Shown piece after piece: positions 17,395 to 26,459 of a DNA stretch of 64,000 bases (position 1 is its first letter; each line of letters opens with the position of its first letter). The DNA lies in NCBI GenBank assembly GCA_963696535.1, contig CAVOKP010000006.1, forward strand, positions 30,812 through 94,811. The letters run 5' to 3'. The position numbers and the translations under genes were made by a program. The stretch is from an uncultured Bacteroidales bacterium. GTDB lineage: Bacteria; Bacteroidota; Bacteroidia; Bacteroidales; VadinHA17. The notes below the pieces were generated by a model, which did no database searches, had not been told where the DNA came from, and saw only the letters and a list, made by a program, of their open reading frames with translations.

Positions 17395-18258
17395 TCAGAA
17401 TCTCACGGTTATATTGAATCCTATTAGAAATTCACCATCGGCAAAATTATTTGTATTGAAAACAAGGTTCCGCTGGTTGATTATATCCGAATAATTGGCT
17501 GCAAATACCTGGAATGTATGGGTTGCTGTCCCTATTTCCCAACCCAGTGACAGATTGGGCTTTGGTTGTTCTTCAAGATCCTGTTTCGTCAGAAGCTGGT
17601 CATACTCAAAGATTATCGAATGCGAATCAGTTACGGACAGCCTTCCTCCTGCCGATAATCCGAAGTTCAGGTTGCTGTATTTCAGTTCGTTTGTAAATTG
17701 AGGAACTGCATTGAAATAGATCACTGAAGGTGCAACCTGGAATGAAAACTTCTCAGAGAACTTCCTGGCAAGAATAAGTTGTGTGAAATATGACAGCCTG
17801 TGGATATCCCTGTAACGTTCAACAGGTCCGAAGGCCTCCTCCTTGCGAAGGTCAATAACCAGGTTGCCATAGTATGACAGGGATACAGGCATGCTGTTAT
17901 CTTCTGTCTGCTGAAGTATCAGGTATTTCCATTGAATATCCTGAAGTTTATAATCTTTGGTGGTCCCGGCTCCAAGCATCAGCCTGTCGGTTATTCCGAA
18001 ATTGAGGCCAAGCCTTGTATTTGCTGCGCCATAGATCCCGAACAGATTATGATAGTTTTCGATCAGGCTGAAGCGGTGGTGGATCTGAAGTTCTACTCCG
18101 CCCTTCCAGGGAGTGGCAACGGTCTGGTTGTCAATAAGCGTGCCTGTTCCGAAAGTAAACCTTACCGGTTTTGATTTCTCAACAGGTTGTGCTTCCTCCT
18201 GAGCTTGTAATGAAAGCATGAAGGCTGAAAAAAGCATTAGAAAAAAAGTCTTTTTCAT
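17395..18258 (-). CDS. Outer-membrane beta-barrel protein (DUF5777-like suspected)
   Basis: 287 aa. Signal peptide ends ...SLQAQ. Amphipathic strands alternate throughout. C-terminal ...FNITVRF has the aromatic last residue typical of OMPs. Confidence 0.65.
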   Translation of the reverse strand: MKKTFFLMLFSAFMLSLQAQEEAQPVEKSKPVRFTFGTGTLIDNQTVATPWKGGVELQIHHRFSLIENYHNLFGIYGAANTRLGLNFGITDRLMLGAGTTKDYKLQDIQWKYLILQQTEDNSMPVSLSYYGNLVIDLRKEEAFGPVERYRDIHRLSYFTQLILARKFSEKFSFQVAPSVIYFNAVPQFTNELKYSNLNFGLSAGGRLSVTDSHSIIFEYDQLLTKQDLEEQPKPNLSLGWEIGTATHTFQVFAANYSDIINQRNLVFNTNNFADGEFLIGFNITVRF

Positions 18259-18286
18259 TTTATCTGGTTTAATAGGTTAATTAAGG

Positions 18287-18664
18287 TTAGTTGTTCAGGG
18301 CTCCCTGTCCGATCCACAAAAGGACAAGCTGTTTTTCCGAATCAAGCGTGAACGCAGCATGGCTTGATGAAACCATCTTTTTATAAAGCTTGCTGTCATC
18401 GGCAGGAGTTGTTACATAACCGCCTCCTGTAAGTGATGCATAGGAAAAGCCATTCCTGAGGTCCGGATTGCGTGATCCCTTATGACATGCAATGCAGTTG
18501 GTTGTGAAAATCGGCTGGATCTGGGTCTGAAACAGAACCGGCTCATCAGGATCTACCGTTTCCAGTTGGTATGCATATTTCTCACATGATGAAAACAGCA
18601 GCATACCTGCAGGAATTATCAAAGCCGCCACAATACTCCATGAAAATCTGAATATCCTTTTCAT
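18287..18664 (-). CDS. Small monoheme cytochrome c lipoprotein (PSCyt-like)
   Basis: 125 aa with lipobox LFSSC and a single heme motif in IQPIFTTNCIACHKG. Confidence 0.7.
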   Translation of the reverse strand: MKRIFRFSWSIVAALIIPAGMLLFSSCEKYAYQLETVDPDEPVLFQTQIQPIFTTNCIACHKGSRNPDLRNGFSYASLTGGGYVTTPADDSKLYKKMVSSSHAAFTLDSEKQLVLLWIGQGALNN

Positions 18665-18689
18665 TTTTCAGTTACTGTTAATAATTTCA

Positions 18690-18697
18690 CAAAGATA
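18690..18697 (-). promoter_or_regulatory. Candidate -7 box TATCTTTG for the minus-strand cytochrome operon
   Basis: The reverse strand reads TATCTTTG (TAnnTTTG) about 26 nt upstream of the ATG at 18664. Confidence 0.35.
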
Positions 18698-18773
18698 TCT
18701 GACATTACTGATTAATAACATTTTACACCCTCCAATTTTGCCTTGTGAAATATGCTGTTTATCATACAGATAA

Positions 18774-18787
18774 TTGATCTATATCAC
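18774..18787. promoter_or_regulatory. FNR/CRP-type box TTGATCTATATCAC
   Basis: Centred about 116 nt upstream of the operon start at 18664. It matches 12302-12315 at 13 of 14 positions and shares the TAA flank. Confidence 0.55.
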
Positions 18788-18877
18788 CCGTGATGGTGAT
18801 AAATACTTATTGCCATCAAAAGTAAAAAATCAAACCTATAATGTTAATCGAGTCAATCCAAATTTTGCATCAGAAGA

Positions 18878-18942
18878 GGCACGGATTGCAACCGAGTCTC
18901 GCTTTAGCGGGACGAGCTCGGCGAAGCCAAATCCGCGCCAGC
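18878..18942. repeat. Singleton of the GGCACGGATTGCAA...AAATCCGCGCCAGC hairpin with a 37-nt insertion in its loop
   Basis: ggcacggattgcaa + ccgagtctcgctttagcgggacgagctcggcgaagcc + aaatccgcgccagc. The insert can itself fold (CCGAG..CTCGG). Confidence 0.75.
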
Positions 18943-18946
18943 AAAG

Positions 18947-19014
18947 CAACTCCGTGCAAACTCCATGTACCTCCGTGTAATACCGTGGTTAAAATGATTT
19001 TAAATCCCACGGTA
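18947..19014. repeat. CCGTG-periodic hairpin module, related to 41464-41547
   Basis: caactccgtgcaaactccatgtacctccgtgtaataccgtgg ... cccacggta. Confidence 0.6.
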
Positions 19015-19025
19015 ACCTAACAGGA

Positions 19026-20804
19026 TTAAAATTTGTAAGAGTTGTCTTCTATCAGCTTGTCCGCAATTCTTCTTCTTGCATCCTTTATGTTGATGCAGCT
19101 GACTTTCGAGAGGATCTCAATCGCATTTTCGAGCACCGGCAATGATTCGGGGGATGCGAATGAGCAGACTGCATCGGTTGCCGACTTCCTCACTTTATCA
19201 GCTGTATCATAGACATTTACATCAAGGATATCCTTATAAACCGATACTGTCCCTTTTATTCCTTCCAGCTTTTCAACCCTGAGGGCAAGCGATTCTGAGA
19301 GATACGTTTCCATCATCATTTCGGTGATATTGTTCATCACCTCCTGCTCATTCAGAATTGTTTTCCCAAACTGCTTCATCGCACCATGCATGCAAATAAG
19401 GATTACTTTCTTGAAGTTCCTTATGTATCTCCTTTTTTGCTCAAAGTAAGTCTCGTCACTGGTTTTCCCGCCGGTAATCCCTTCCAGATCGCTATAAAGC
19501 TTTTCTGCTTCGCCGAAGAGGTCGAAATCTCCCTTCATTGCCCTCTTCATTGCGGTATCGGATACAAGGAGCCTGTTAATCTCGTTCGTTCCTTCGAATA
19601 TCCGGTTTATTCTGGAATCGCGGTATCCCCTTTCAACGTCCATTTCAGCCGAGTATCCCATTCCTCCGTATATCTGAACAGCCTCATCAGAAACGAAATC
19701 GAGCATTTCCGAACCAACGACCTTCAGTATAGCTGCCTCAACGGCATAATGGCTGATTGCATCGATCGCAGCCCTTTCCTTGTCGCCGCATTCAGATCTA
19801 TACTTCTCCATGAGTTCATCAATATCCCTGCTTACCCTGTAAACAGCTGATTCTGATGCAAAAAGCCGGATTATCTGTTCTGCAAGCTTGTGTTTTATTG
19901 CCCCGAATGTCGAGATGAACACCCCAAACTGTTTCCGTTCATTTGCATATTTCACCGAATCATTTATAGCCTTTTTTGCTGCCCCTATTACATTGGCGCC
20001 AAGCTTGATCCTTCCCATGTGAAGGATGCTCAGGGCTATCCTGAAACCTTCGCCTCTCTTGCCAAGAAGGTTCTCAACCGGGACTTTCACATCATTGAAA
20101 TAGATCTGGGCTGTTGAAGATCCCTTAATACCCATCTTATGTTCATCGGGTCCGATTACCACCCCGGGTGTAGTGCTTTCAATGATGAATGCGCTCAGAA
20201 CCCTGTCAGTGTCTATCTTGGCAAACACTACCAATGTGTCTGCAAATCCGGCATTTGTGATCCACATCTTCTGACCGTTGATTATGTAGTGCCTGCCATC
20301 TTCGGAAAGGGTGGCATTTGTTTTTCCCGAATTTGCATCACTGCCTGCACCTGGTTCGGTGAGGCAGTATGCCCCGATCATCTCACCCGTAGCAAGTTTT
20401 GTGACATACCGCTGCCTCTGATCCACGGTTCCATAATACATTATCGGCAGGGTGCCTATTCCGCAGTGTGCCATATATGCAACCGAAAACGAATAGCCTG
20501 CCCCGGTGGTCTCGGCAACAAGCATCTGGGTCACAAAATTCTGACCGAAACCACCGTACTCCTCAGGGATCGAAATACCCAGCATTCCAAGCTCTCCTGA
20601 TTTCTTCAGGATTGTTCTCATCAGTTCCCGGTCGCCTTTTTCGAGGGCTGCAATATTCGGATAAACCTCAGCATCCAGAAAATCCTTGCAGGTCCGGGCG
20701 ATCATTCGCTGTTCCTCATCGAATTCTTCAGGAATAAAAACATCTTTTGGTTCAATCTCACTTACAAGGAATTCTCCGCTTTTCAAGGTTTTTCTGCTTT
20801 CCAT
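19026..20804 (-). CDS. Long-form acyl-CoA dehydrogenase
   Basis: 592 aa with ACAD signatures (GAYCLTEPGAGSD, QIYGGMGY) and a C-terminal extension domain. Confidence 0.85.
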   Translation of the reverse strand: MESRKTLKSGEFLVSEIEPKDVFIPEEFDEEQRMIARTCKDFLDAEVYPNIAALEKGDRELMRTILKKSGELGMLGISIPEEYGGFGQNFVTQMLVAETTGAGYSFSVAYMAHCGIGTLPIMYYGTVDQRQRYVTKLATGEMIGAYCLTEPGAGSDANSGKTNATLSEDGRHYIINGQKMWITNAGFADTLVVFAKIDTDRVLSAFIIESTTPGVVIGPDEHKMGIKGSSTAQIYFNDVKVPVENLLGKRGEGFRIALSILHMGRIKLGANVIGAAKKAINDSVKYANERKQFGVFISTFGAIKHKLAEQIIRLFASESAVYRVSRDIDELMEKYRSECGDKERAAIDAISHYAVEAAILKVVGSEMLDFVSDEAVQIYGGMGYSAEMDVERGYRDSRINRIFEGTNEINRLLVSDTAMKRAMKGDFDLFGEAEKLYSDLEGITGGKTSDETYFEQKRRYIRNFKKVILICMHGAMKQFGKTILNEQEVMNNITEMMMETYLSESLALRVEKLEGIKGTVSVYKDILDVNVYDTADKVRKSATDAVCSFASPESLPVLENAIEILSKVSCINIKDARRRIADKLIEDNSYKF

Positions 20805-20889
20805 ATTGAGTAGTTAAAGTATTATTAATTTCTTTACCATAATTTGCCCCCAACCCCTAAAGGGGGCTTAAAAAGCATCAGCATTTGAA

Positions 20890-20915
20890 GTCCCCCTTCA
20901 GGGGGATTTAGGGGG
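20890..20915. repeat. Hairpin module GTCCCCCTTCAGGGGGATTTAGGGGG
   Basis: An inverted copy lies at 23061-23083. A related copy lies at about 27741-27766. Confidence 0.75.
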
Positions 20916-20916
20916 T

Positions 20917-22998
20917 TTAATCCATCGCCTTCACCACGAGTTCCGCAATATCCAAATTCTTAATCTCCTCTTCCCTGTTCTTGTATTTAAGTCCGTCTGT
21001 AATCATCGTCATGCAGAAGGGACATGCAGTTGCAATAACACCCGCATTTGTGGCAAGAGCCTCTTCCGTTCTTTCGATAAAGACCTCCTTGCTCCCCTTC
21101 TCAGCCTCCTTGAACATTTGTCCACCGCCTGCGCCGCAGCATAAAGCGAAGCTCCTGTTCCTGCTCATCTCAACAAAGCTGCCGGAAAGAGACCTTGCTA
21201 TTGAGCGAGGCTCGGAATAGATGCCGTTTGCCCTTCCGAGATAACAGGGATCATGGAATGTAATGCTCATTTTTTCCAGGGAATTCTTTTTAAGCTTCAG
21301 GTTTCCCTCTTCGATATTTTTATTTATAAACTGCAAATAATTAATCACTTCATAATTGCCTCCGAGATCAGGATATTCGTTCTTAAAGATATTGAAGCAG
21401 TGTGGGCATGTGGTTATTATCTTTCTTATACCGTATCCCCTGAGAATTTCGATCACCTGCATTGCCTGCATCTGGTAGAGCATTTCGTTGCCGGCTCTGC
21501 GTGCCGGATCGCCCGTGCAGGTCTCTTCACTCCCGAGTACGGCATAGCTTATTTTCAGTCTGTCGAGAATTGTGGCAAAAGCCCTTACAACCTTTTTATA
21601 TCTGTCGTCAAAGGCCCCTGCGCAACCCACCCAGAACAGGTATTCGGGCATTTCTCCACTGGCAGGCAATGATGAAAAAACCGGTATTTCAAAATCCAGG
21701 TCACGGGTCCAGTTCAATCTTTCCTCAGCCGAATACTGCCATGGAGCTCCGTTATTTTCGATATTGCTGAATACACTTTTCAGTTCACCCGGAGCTGATG
21801 CCTCTTCAAGCACAAGATAGCGCCTCATGTCGACTATAAGCGAGGGCTGATTAATGTTTACAGGACACTCCTGCGCGCAGGCGTTGCAGGTTGTGCATGC
21901 CCAGAGTTCTTCATCAGAAATGAAATCCCTTAACAATGACCGGTTGTCATTGAAATCCCTTCCGTTTTTGATCATCAGGGGGCCCTTTTCTTTCATCCTT
22001 GCCCTGAGGTCCATCATGATTTTGCGGGGAGAAAGCTTCTTTCCCGTAATATTTGCCGGACAGACCGAGGTGCATCTACCGCATTCGGTACAGGAGAGGG
22101 AGTCGAAATAGTTCTTCCATGAGGCATCCTCCGCATCCCTTATACCAAACCTTCCGGGGGGAGTCTCGGCAGGCGCAGCATTAAAAGCAGTTTCGGGATT
22201 GAGCATCATCCTCACCTCACTGGTAATGTTATCCATATTTGCAAGCTTGCCAAGAGGTTCAAGCCGTGAAAGAAAGACGTTGGGGACCGACATGAAAACA
22301 TGGAAATGCTTGGAATACGGAAGATAGTTGGCGAAAACAAATATTGTAAGAATATGGGTCCACCATGAAATATCGAACATCAGCCTGAACCCTTCAGGAG
22401 ACATCCCTTTGAAAAACCCGGCCAGAATCGTGCTTACGGGATAAGCGCCTGCCATATCTCCTCCGGAATGCACCATATTTCCGGCATAACCTGTGTTCAT
22501 TGCAAGAAGGGAAATCATCAAAAGCAGAATCAGTGAAAGGGAGATGTTGGCATCAATATGGGATTTCTTCTTCATCTCGATTCCTTCAAACCGCCTGATA
22601 TGTCCGAAGATCCTTCTTACAAGAAAAATTACAATTGAAATCGCGACAAGCATTGCAAATATGTCGCCGGAAGCGATTATGAAATTGTAAACCGGTCCGA
22701 GGAATCGGAGCGACCTTTCTGTTCCTGTCAGGCCATCAATTACCATTTCGATGCTTCCGATCAGAATAACGCAAAAGCCCCAGAAGACTAATGCATGAAA
22801 GAAACCTATCACCGGCCTCCGGAATATCTTTGTCTGTCCGAATGCAACCTGCATCATCAGGTTAAACCGTTTTCCGAAATCCCTAACTGGAAATGCAGGC
22901 CTTGTAAATCTGAAGAATTTAATGAGCCGGTTAACTGTATAACCGAAAACGGCAATCGTTATAAGAAGTGTAACCGTGAATATCAGATGTTTTAGCAT
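20917..22998 (-). CDS. Membrane-bound Fe-S oxidoreductase (b-type TM domain, 2x[4Fe-4S], CCG domains); candidate ETF:menaquinone oxidoreductase
   Basis: 693 aa. The N-terminus has multiple TM helices. Ferredoxin motifs are CTECGRCTSVCP and CTTCNACAQECP. The C-terminus has HdrD/GlpC-like Cys-rich CCG regions. It sits directly beside etfAB and an ACAD. Confidence 0.75.
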   Translation of the reverse strand: MLKHLIFTVTLLITIAVFGYTVNRLIKFFRFTRPAFPVRDFGKRFNLMMQVAFGQTKIFRRPVIGFFHALVFWGFCVILIGSIEMVIDGLTGTERSLRFLGPVYNFIIASGDIFAMLVAISIVIFLVRRIFGHIRRFEGIEMKKKSHIDANISLSLILLLMISLLAMNTGYAGNMVHSGGDMAGAYPVSTILAGFFKGMSPEGFRLMFDISWWTHILTIFVFANYLPYSKHFHVFMSVPNVFLSRLEPLGKLANMDNITSEVRMMLNPETAFNAAPAETPPGRFGIRDAEDASWKNYFDSLSCTECGRCTSVCPANITGKKLSPRKIMMDLRARMKEKGPLMIKNGRDFNDNRSLLRDFISDEELWACTTCNACAQECPVNINQPSLIVDMRRYLVLEEASAPGELKSVFSNIENNGAPWQYSAEERLNWTRDLDFEIPVFSSLPASGEMPEYLFWVGCAGAFDDRYKKVVRAFATILDRLKISYAVLGSEETCTGDPARRAGNEMLYQMQAMQVIEILRGYGIRKIITTCPHCFNIFKNEYPDLGGNYEVINYLQFINKNIEEGNLKLKKNSLEKMSITFHDPCYLGRANGIYSEPRSIARSLSGSFVEMSRNRSFALCCGAGGGQMFKEAEKGSKEVFIERTEEALATNAGVIATACPFCMTMITDGLKYKNREEEIKNLDIAELVVKAMD

Positions 22999-23060
22999 AG
23001 TCGGTTATTCAGCTAATTTTGAAACCTCTAAGTTCAAATTTCATTCCTTTGTAAAATCCA

Positions 23061-23083
23061 CCCCTAAATCCCCTGAAGGGGAC
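23061..23083. repeat. Hairpin module CCCCTAAATCCCCTGAAGGGGAC (inverted copy of 20890-20915)
   Basis: The sequence is the same as the other copy except for homopolymer run lengths. A second hairpin, CCTGCCCTGAC..GTCAGGGGGGCAGG, follows at about 23117-23147. Confidence 0.75.
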
Positions 23084-23162
23084 TTTTATTTCAGGAATTT
23101 TTGAACCCCCTTTAGGCCTGCCCTGACCGAAGTGTCAGGGGGGCAGGGGGCAAAACCTGCAA

Positions 23163-24131
23163 CTATTTCTTCAAATTCTTAACAGCATCGACCAGTTTCG
23201 GCAGGACCTTCATTGCATCACCAACGATTCCGTATTGTGCTGCCTCGAAGATCGGAGCGTCCTTATCGGTGTTGATCGCCACTATGTATTTTGAGGAGCT
23301 TATTCCTGCAAGATGCTGGGTGGCTCCTGAAATGCCAACTGCAATATATAGGTTTGGCGCAATTATCTTTCCGGTTTGTCCGGTATGCTCTTCATGGGGC
23401 CTCCAACCTTCGTCGGAGACCGGTCTTGAACACGCTGTGGCACCATTAAGGAGTGATGCCAGCTCGACAAGGGGGGCCCAGTTGTCGGGGGATTTCATTC
23501 CCCTTCCACCGGAGACAACGATATCTGCATCAGTAAGAAGTATTTTCCCTCCCTGTTTCTGTGTTTCGGTCACAGTTGTTTTAACCATGGATCCATCAAC
23601 CTCGGCGGTGACTGTCTCTGGAATTGCGCCTGTCGGCTTTTCAACTGCATCAAAAGAGTTCTGTGCCAGTGTAAGTATCTTGATTTCAGATTTTATTACT
23701 ACATGTGCAAATGCATTTCCCGAATATGCCCTTTTATAAACAGTGAACGGATCAAGGCTAAGCGGGAGCCGGCTGACACCCGATCCGATCCCTGCTTTCA
23801 GCCTTACTGAAACCCTTGGAGCCAGGGCTTTTCCGGCAATGTTGTTTGAAAATATTATGACCTTGCACCCTTCCTTTAAGGCGAGATCCGCAATCACTTT
23901 TGCATGTACCCGGCTGTCAGGCACCGAAAGCTGGTCGCCGGCAAGGCTTATGATCCTGCCGGCGCCGTAATTACCAAGTCTTGCAAGCTCATCATTGTCT
24001 GCCTTACCGATCGTCAGGGCAATCACTTCCGTGCCGAGCATCGCGGCAACTGACGAACCGTAAGAGACCAATTCACAGGAGAGCTTCTTGAATTTTCCGT
24101 CCCAGTTTTCGGTATAAACCAATACTGCCAT
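23163..24131 (-). CDS. etfA: Electron transfer flavoprotein alpha subunit
   Basis: 322 aa with a typical EtfA C-terminal FAD-binding region (LYIAVGISGATQHLAG). Confidence 0.9.
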   Translation of the reverse strand: MAVLVYTENWDGKFKKLSCELVSYGSSVAAMLGTEVIALTIGKADNDELARLGNYGAGRIISLAGDQLSVPDSRVHAKVIADLALKEGCKVIIFSNNIAGKALAPRVSVRLKAGIGSGVSRLPLSLDPFTVYKRAYSGNAFAHVVIKSEIKILTLAQNSFDAVEKPTGAIPETVTAEVDGSMVKTTVTETQKQGGKILLTDADIVVSGGRGMKSPDNWAPLVELASLLNGATACSRPVSDEGWRPHEEHTGQTGKIIAPNLYIAVGISGATQHLAGISSSKYIVAINTDKDAPIFEAAQYGIVGDAMKVLPKLVDAVKNLKK

Positions 24132-24187
24132 ATTTTATTCTTTTAAAGAAGTTAAAAGTTAAATCTGTTATCTTGCGATTACAATCA

Positions 24188-24251
24188 TTTCGGATTTCGG
24201 AATTCGGATTTCGGATTTCAAATCCGCAATCCACAATCCGCAATCCGCAAT
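24188..24251. repeat. Periodic-arm hairpin (TTTCGGA)n / (AATCCGC)n
   Basis: tttcggatttcggaattcggatttcggattt-c-aaatccgcaatccacaatccgcaatccgcaat. It belongs to the same family as 30756-30820, in the opposite orientation. Confidence 0.85.
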
Positions 24252-24254
24252 ACT

Positions 24255-25004
24255 TTAAATGACTTTTGCCTCATTCTGGAGAAGTTCGATCAGCCTGGCC
24301 GGATCTTCTGCATCAACATACTTGCAGGCTGCCCTCGGCACTGGTTTTTCAAATCCTGATATTTCGGTCAGGGAGTCCGAAGCAACCGGTTCATATACCC
24401 TGACAGGTTTGGTCCTTGCAGTCATGATCCCCCTCATTGAAGCAATTCTTGGTTCCTTTGCAATACCTTTCTGGACAATGGCAACAAATGGAACGGGAAC
24501 ACTTACGCTTTCTCTTCCTCCGTCAACTTCCCTTGTAAGGACCGGTGAGCCGTTTTCGAACTTCAGTCCTGAAACCGATGAGACGGATGGAATGTCGAGG
24601 AATTCCGCCAGCATTCCTCCCACTGCCGATCCGTTGAAGTCGCTCGATTCAATACCGCAAAGGATTATATCAAATCCCTCCTTCCTTACGACTTCTGCAA
24701 GCTGGGCTGCGACGGAATATGCATCCTGGGCGATGAGATTGACCCTGACTCCATCATCAGCGCCTATTGCCAGGGCTTTCCGGATCACCGGCTCCGATGA
24801 GGCAGGTCCGACATGAGCCACTGTTACAGATTTTACTCCCGAAGAAGCATCATCCTTCAGTTCAAGGGCTCTTGTAAGTGATAATTCATCCCATGGATTT
24901 ATCACCCATTGAATCCCGGTGGTATCGATTGAAGTGCTCCCTTCCTGGAATTTTATTTTTGTTGTTGTGTCAGGAACGTTGCTGATGCAAACCAGTATTT
25001 TCAT
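24255..25004 (-). CDS. etfB: Electron transfer flavoprotein beta subunit
   Basis: 249 aa, starting MKILVCISNVPDTTTKIKF, a typical EtfB N-terminus. It lies adjacent to etfA. Confidence 0.9.
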   Translation of the reverse strand: MKILVCISNVPDTTTKIKFQEGSTSIDTTGIQWVINPWDELSLTRALELKDDASSGVKSVTVAHVGPASSEPVIRKALAIGADDGVRVNLIAQDAYSVAAQLAEVVRKEGFDIILCGIESSDFNGSAVGGMLAEFLDIPSVSSVSGLKFENGSPVLTREVDGGRESVSVPVPFVAIVQKGIAKEPRIASMRGIMTARTKPVRVYEPVASDSLTEISGFEKPVPRAACKYVDAEDPARLIELLQNEAKVI

Positions 25005-25274
25005 CTGCTGCGTTTTATTGATTAATTGGTCTTTTCCGCATTCAAGGCGGCAAATATAATAATTATAGCTTCATTTTCAAATCCGCAAACATTCATTTAT
25101 AAGTATGTTCGAAAGCCTGCAGAGCAATAATCATTTGTAATTCTGTATGTTATAATAGATTAAGATCGTCATTCCACATATCAGTCGAAAGATCTTACTG
25201 AAATAAGTTATCTTAAAATCCGGTCCAAAGCATAAAATAAGATTTTTAAGATTAAATTCGCACGCCAAAATAAG

Positions 25275-26213
25275 TTGATTCAACGGACGGTGAAAAACAA
25301 GTTCAGGATATATGGGGGAATTTTTCTGGCAATGATATTCTGGGCATTTTCATTTATCTGGTTCAAAATCGCAAACAAGACTTTCGAGCCCATAACAATT
25401 GTCTTTTTGCGTCTTATAATTGCAATTATAATACTGACTTCATACCTGCTCATAAAAAAGAAGTTTGTAAAGATCAGGAAGGAGGATCGCAGGATGTTCC
25501 TGATGCTTGCAACCTTTGAACCATTTCTTTACTTTCTGGGTGAAAGTTTCGGGCTTACATATGTTTCGGCAACTGTCGGTTCTGTTCTGATTTCGACAAT
25601 TCCTGTGGTTGCCACCATTGGCGCCTGGCTGATATTCAGGGAAAGGCTGAAAATCATTAACTATATCGGTATTATTGTATCATTTGCAGGTGTTGTAATA
25701 TTTGTAATGAACAAGGACGGTGCACTGGTATTCAACATGAAAGGGTTGGCACTGCTGATGCTTGCAGTTTTTTCGGCCACGGGATATAACCTTACCCTGA
25801 GCAGGCTGGTGGGCCGGTATGAGCCGGTTTTTATCGTGAATGTCCAGAACATAATGGGTGCGATACTTTTCCTGCCGGTTTTCATTATTTTCAATCTAAA
25901 GACTTTTCTGAATACTCCATTCACACCAGGTTCCCTGACTCCGGTGATCGAACTGGCGGTTTTTGCGTCATGCGGAGCATTTATCCTGTTCGCCTATTCG
26001 GTAAGGAACCTGGGAATTACAAGGGCAAATGTCTTCACAAATTTCATTCCGATTTTCACTGCTTTCTTTTCGTTCCTTATCCTCGGGGATAAACTTAGCA
26101 TTCAGAATATTGCGGGTATGATGATTGTAATAGCAGGGCTTATAATGTCGCAGATGAACGGCCGTCCCAGAAAGAGCGATGATGCATTGATCCTGACGGG
26201 AAAAACAGCCTAG
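25275..26213 (+). CDS. DMT superfamily (EamA-like) transporter
   Basis: 312 aa with about 10 TM helices arranged as two EamA-like halves. Starts with TTG in the track. Confidence 0.75.
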   Translation: MIQRTVKNKFRIYGGIFLAMIFWAFSFIWFKIANKTFEPITIVFLRLIIAIIILTSYLLIKKKFVKIRKEDRRMFLMLATFEPFLYFLGESFGLTYVSATVGSVLISTIPVVATIGAWLIFRERLKIINYIGIIVSFAGVVIFVMNKDGALVFNMKGLALLMLAVFSATGYNLTLSRLVGRYEPVFIVNVQNIMGAILFLPVFIIFNLKTFLNTPFTPGSLTPVIELAVFASCGAFILFAYSVRNLGITRANVFTNFIPIFTAFFSFLILGDKLSIQNIAGMMIVIAGLIMSQMNGRPRKSDDALILTGKTA

Positions 26214-26278
26214 ACTTCCGGGCGAAAATCCATATATTTACTTCAATTATTAATGACTAATTTTGTAGCTAGGGATAA

Positions 26279-26425
26279 AGATTCTTCGCTTCACTTCGTT
26301 ACGCTCAGAATGACAGCAACATAAGTATTTTAGGGGAGAGGTAGGTTGGAGGCCCTGCCTCCAACCTACCTCTCCCCCATCATTACACACTAAATCATTG
26401 TCATTCTGAGCGAAGCGAAGAATCT
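26279..26425. repeat. Nested-palindrome element (outer inverted repeat plus perfect 21-bp inner hairpin), copy A
   Basis: Outer arms are agattcttcgcttcacttcgttacgctcagaatgaca and tgtcattctgagcgaagcgaagaatct. The inner hairpin at 26333-26377 is ggggagaggtaggttggaggc-cct-gcctccaacctacctctcccc. Confidence 0.9.
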
Positions 26426-26459
26426 CATTAAATTCAGAAGATACAACAATAATAGAACA

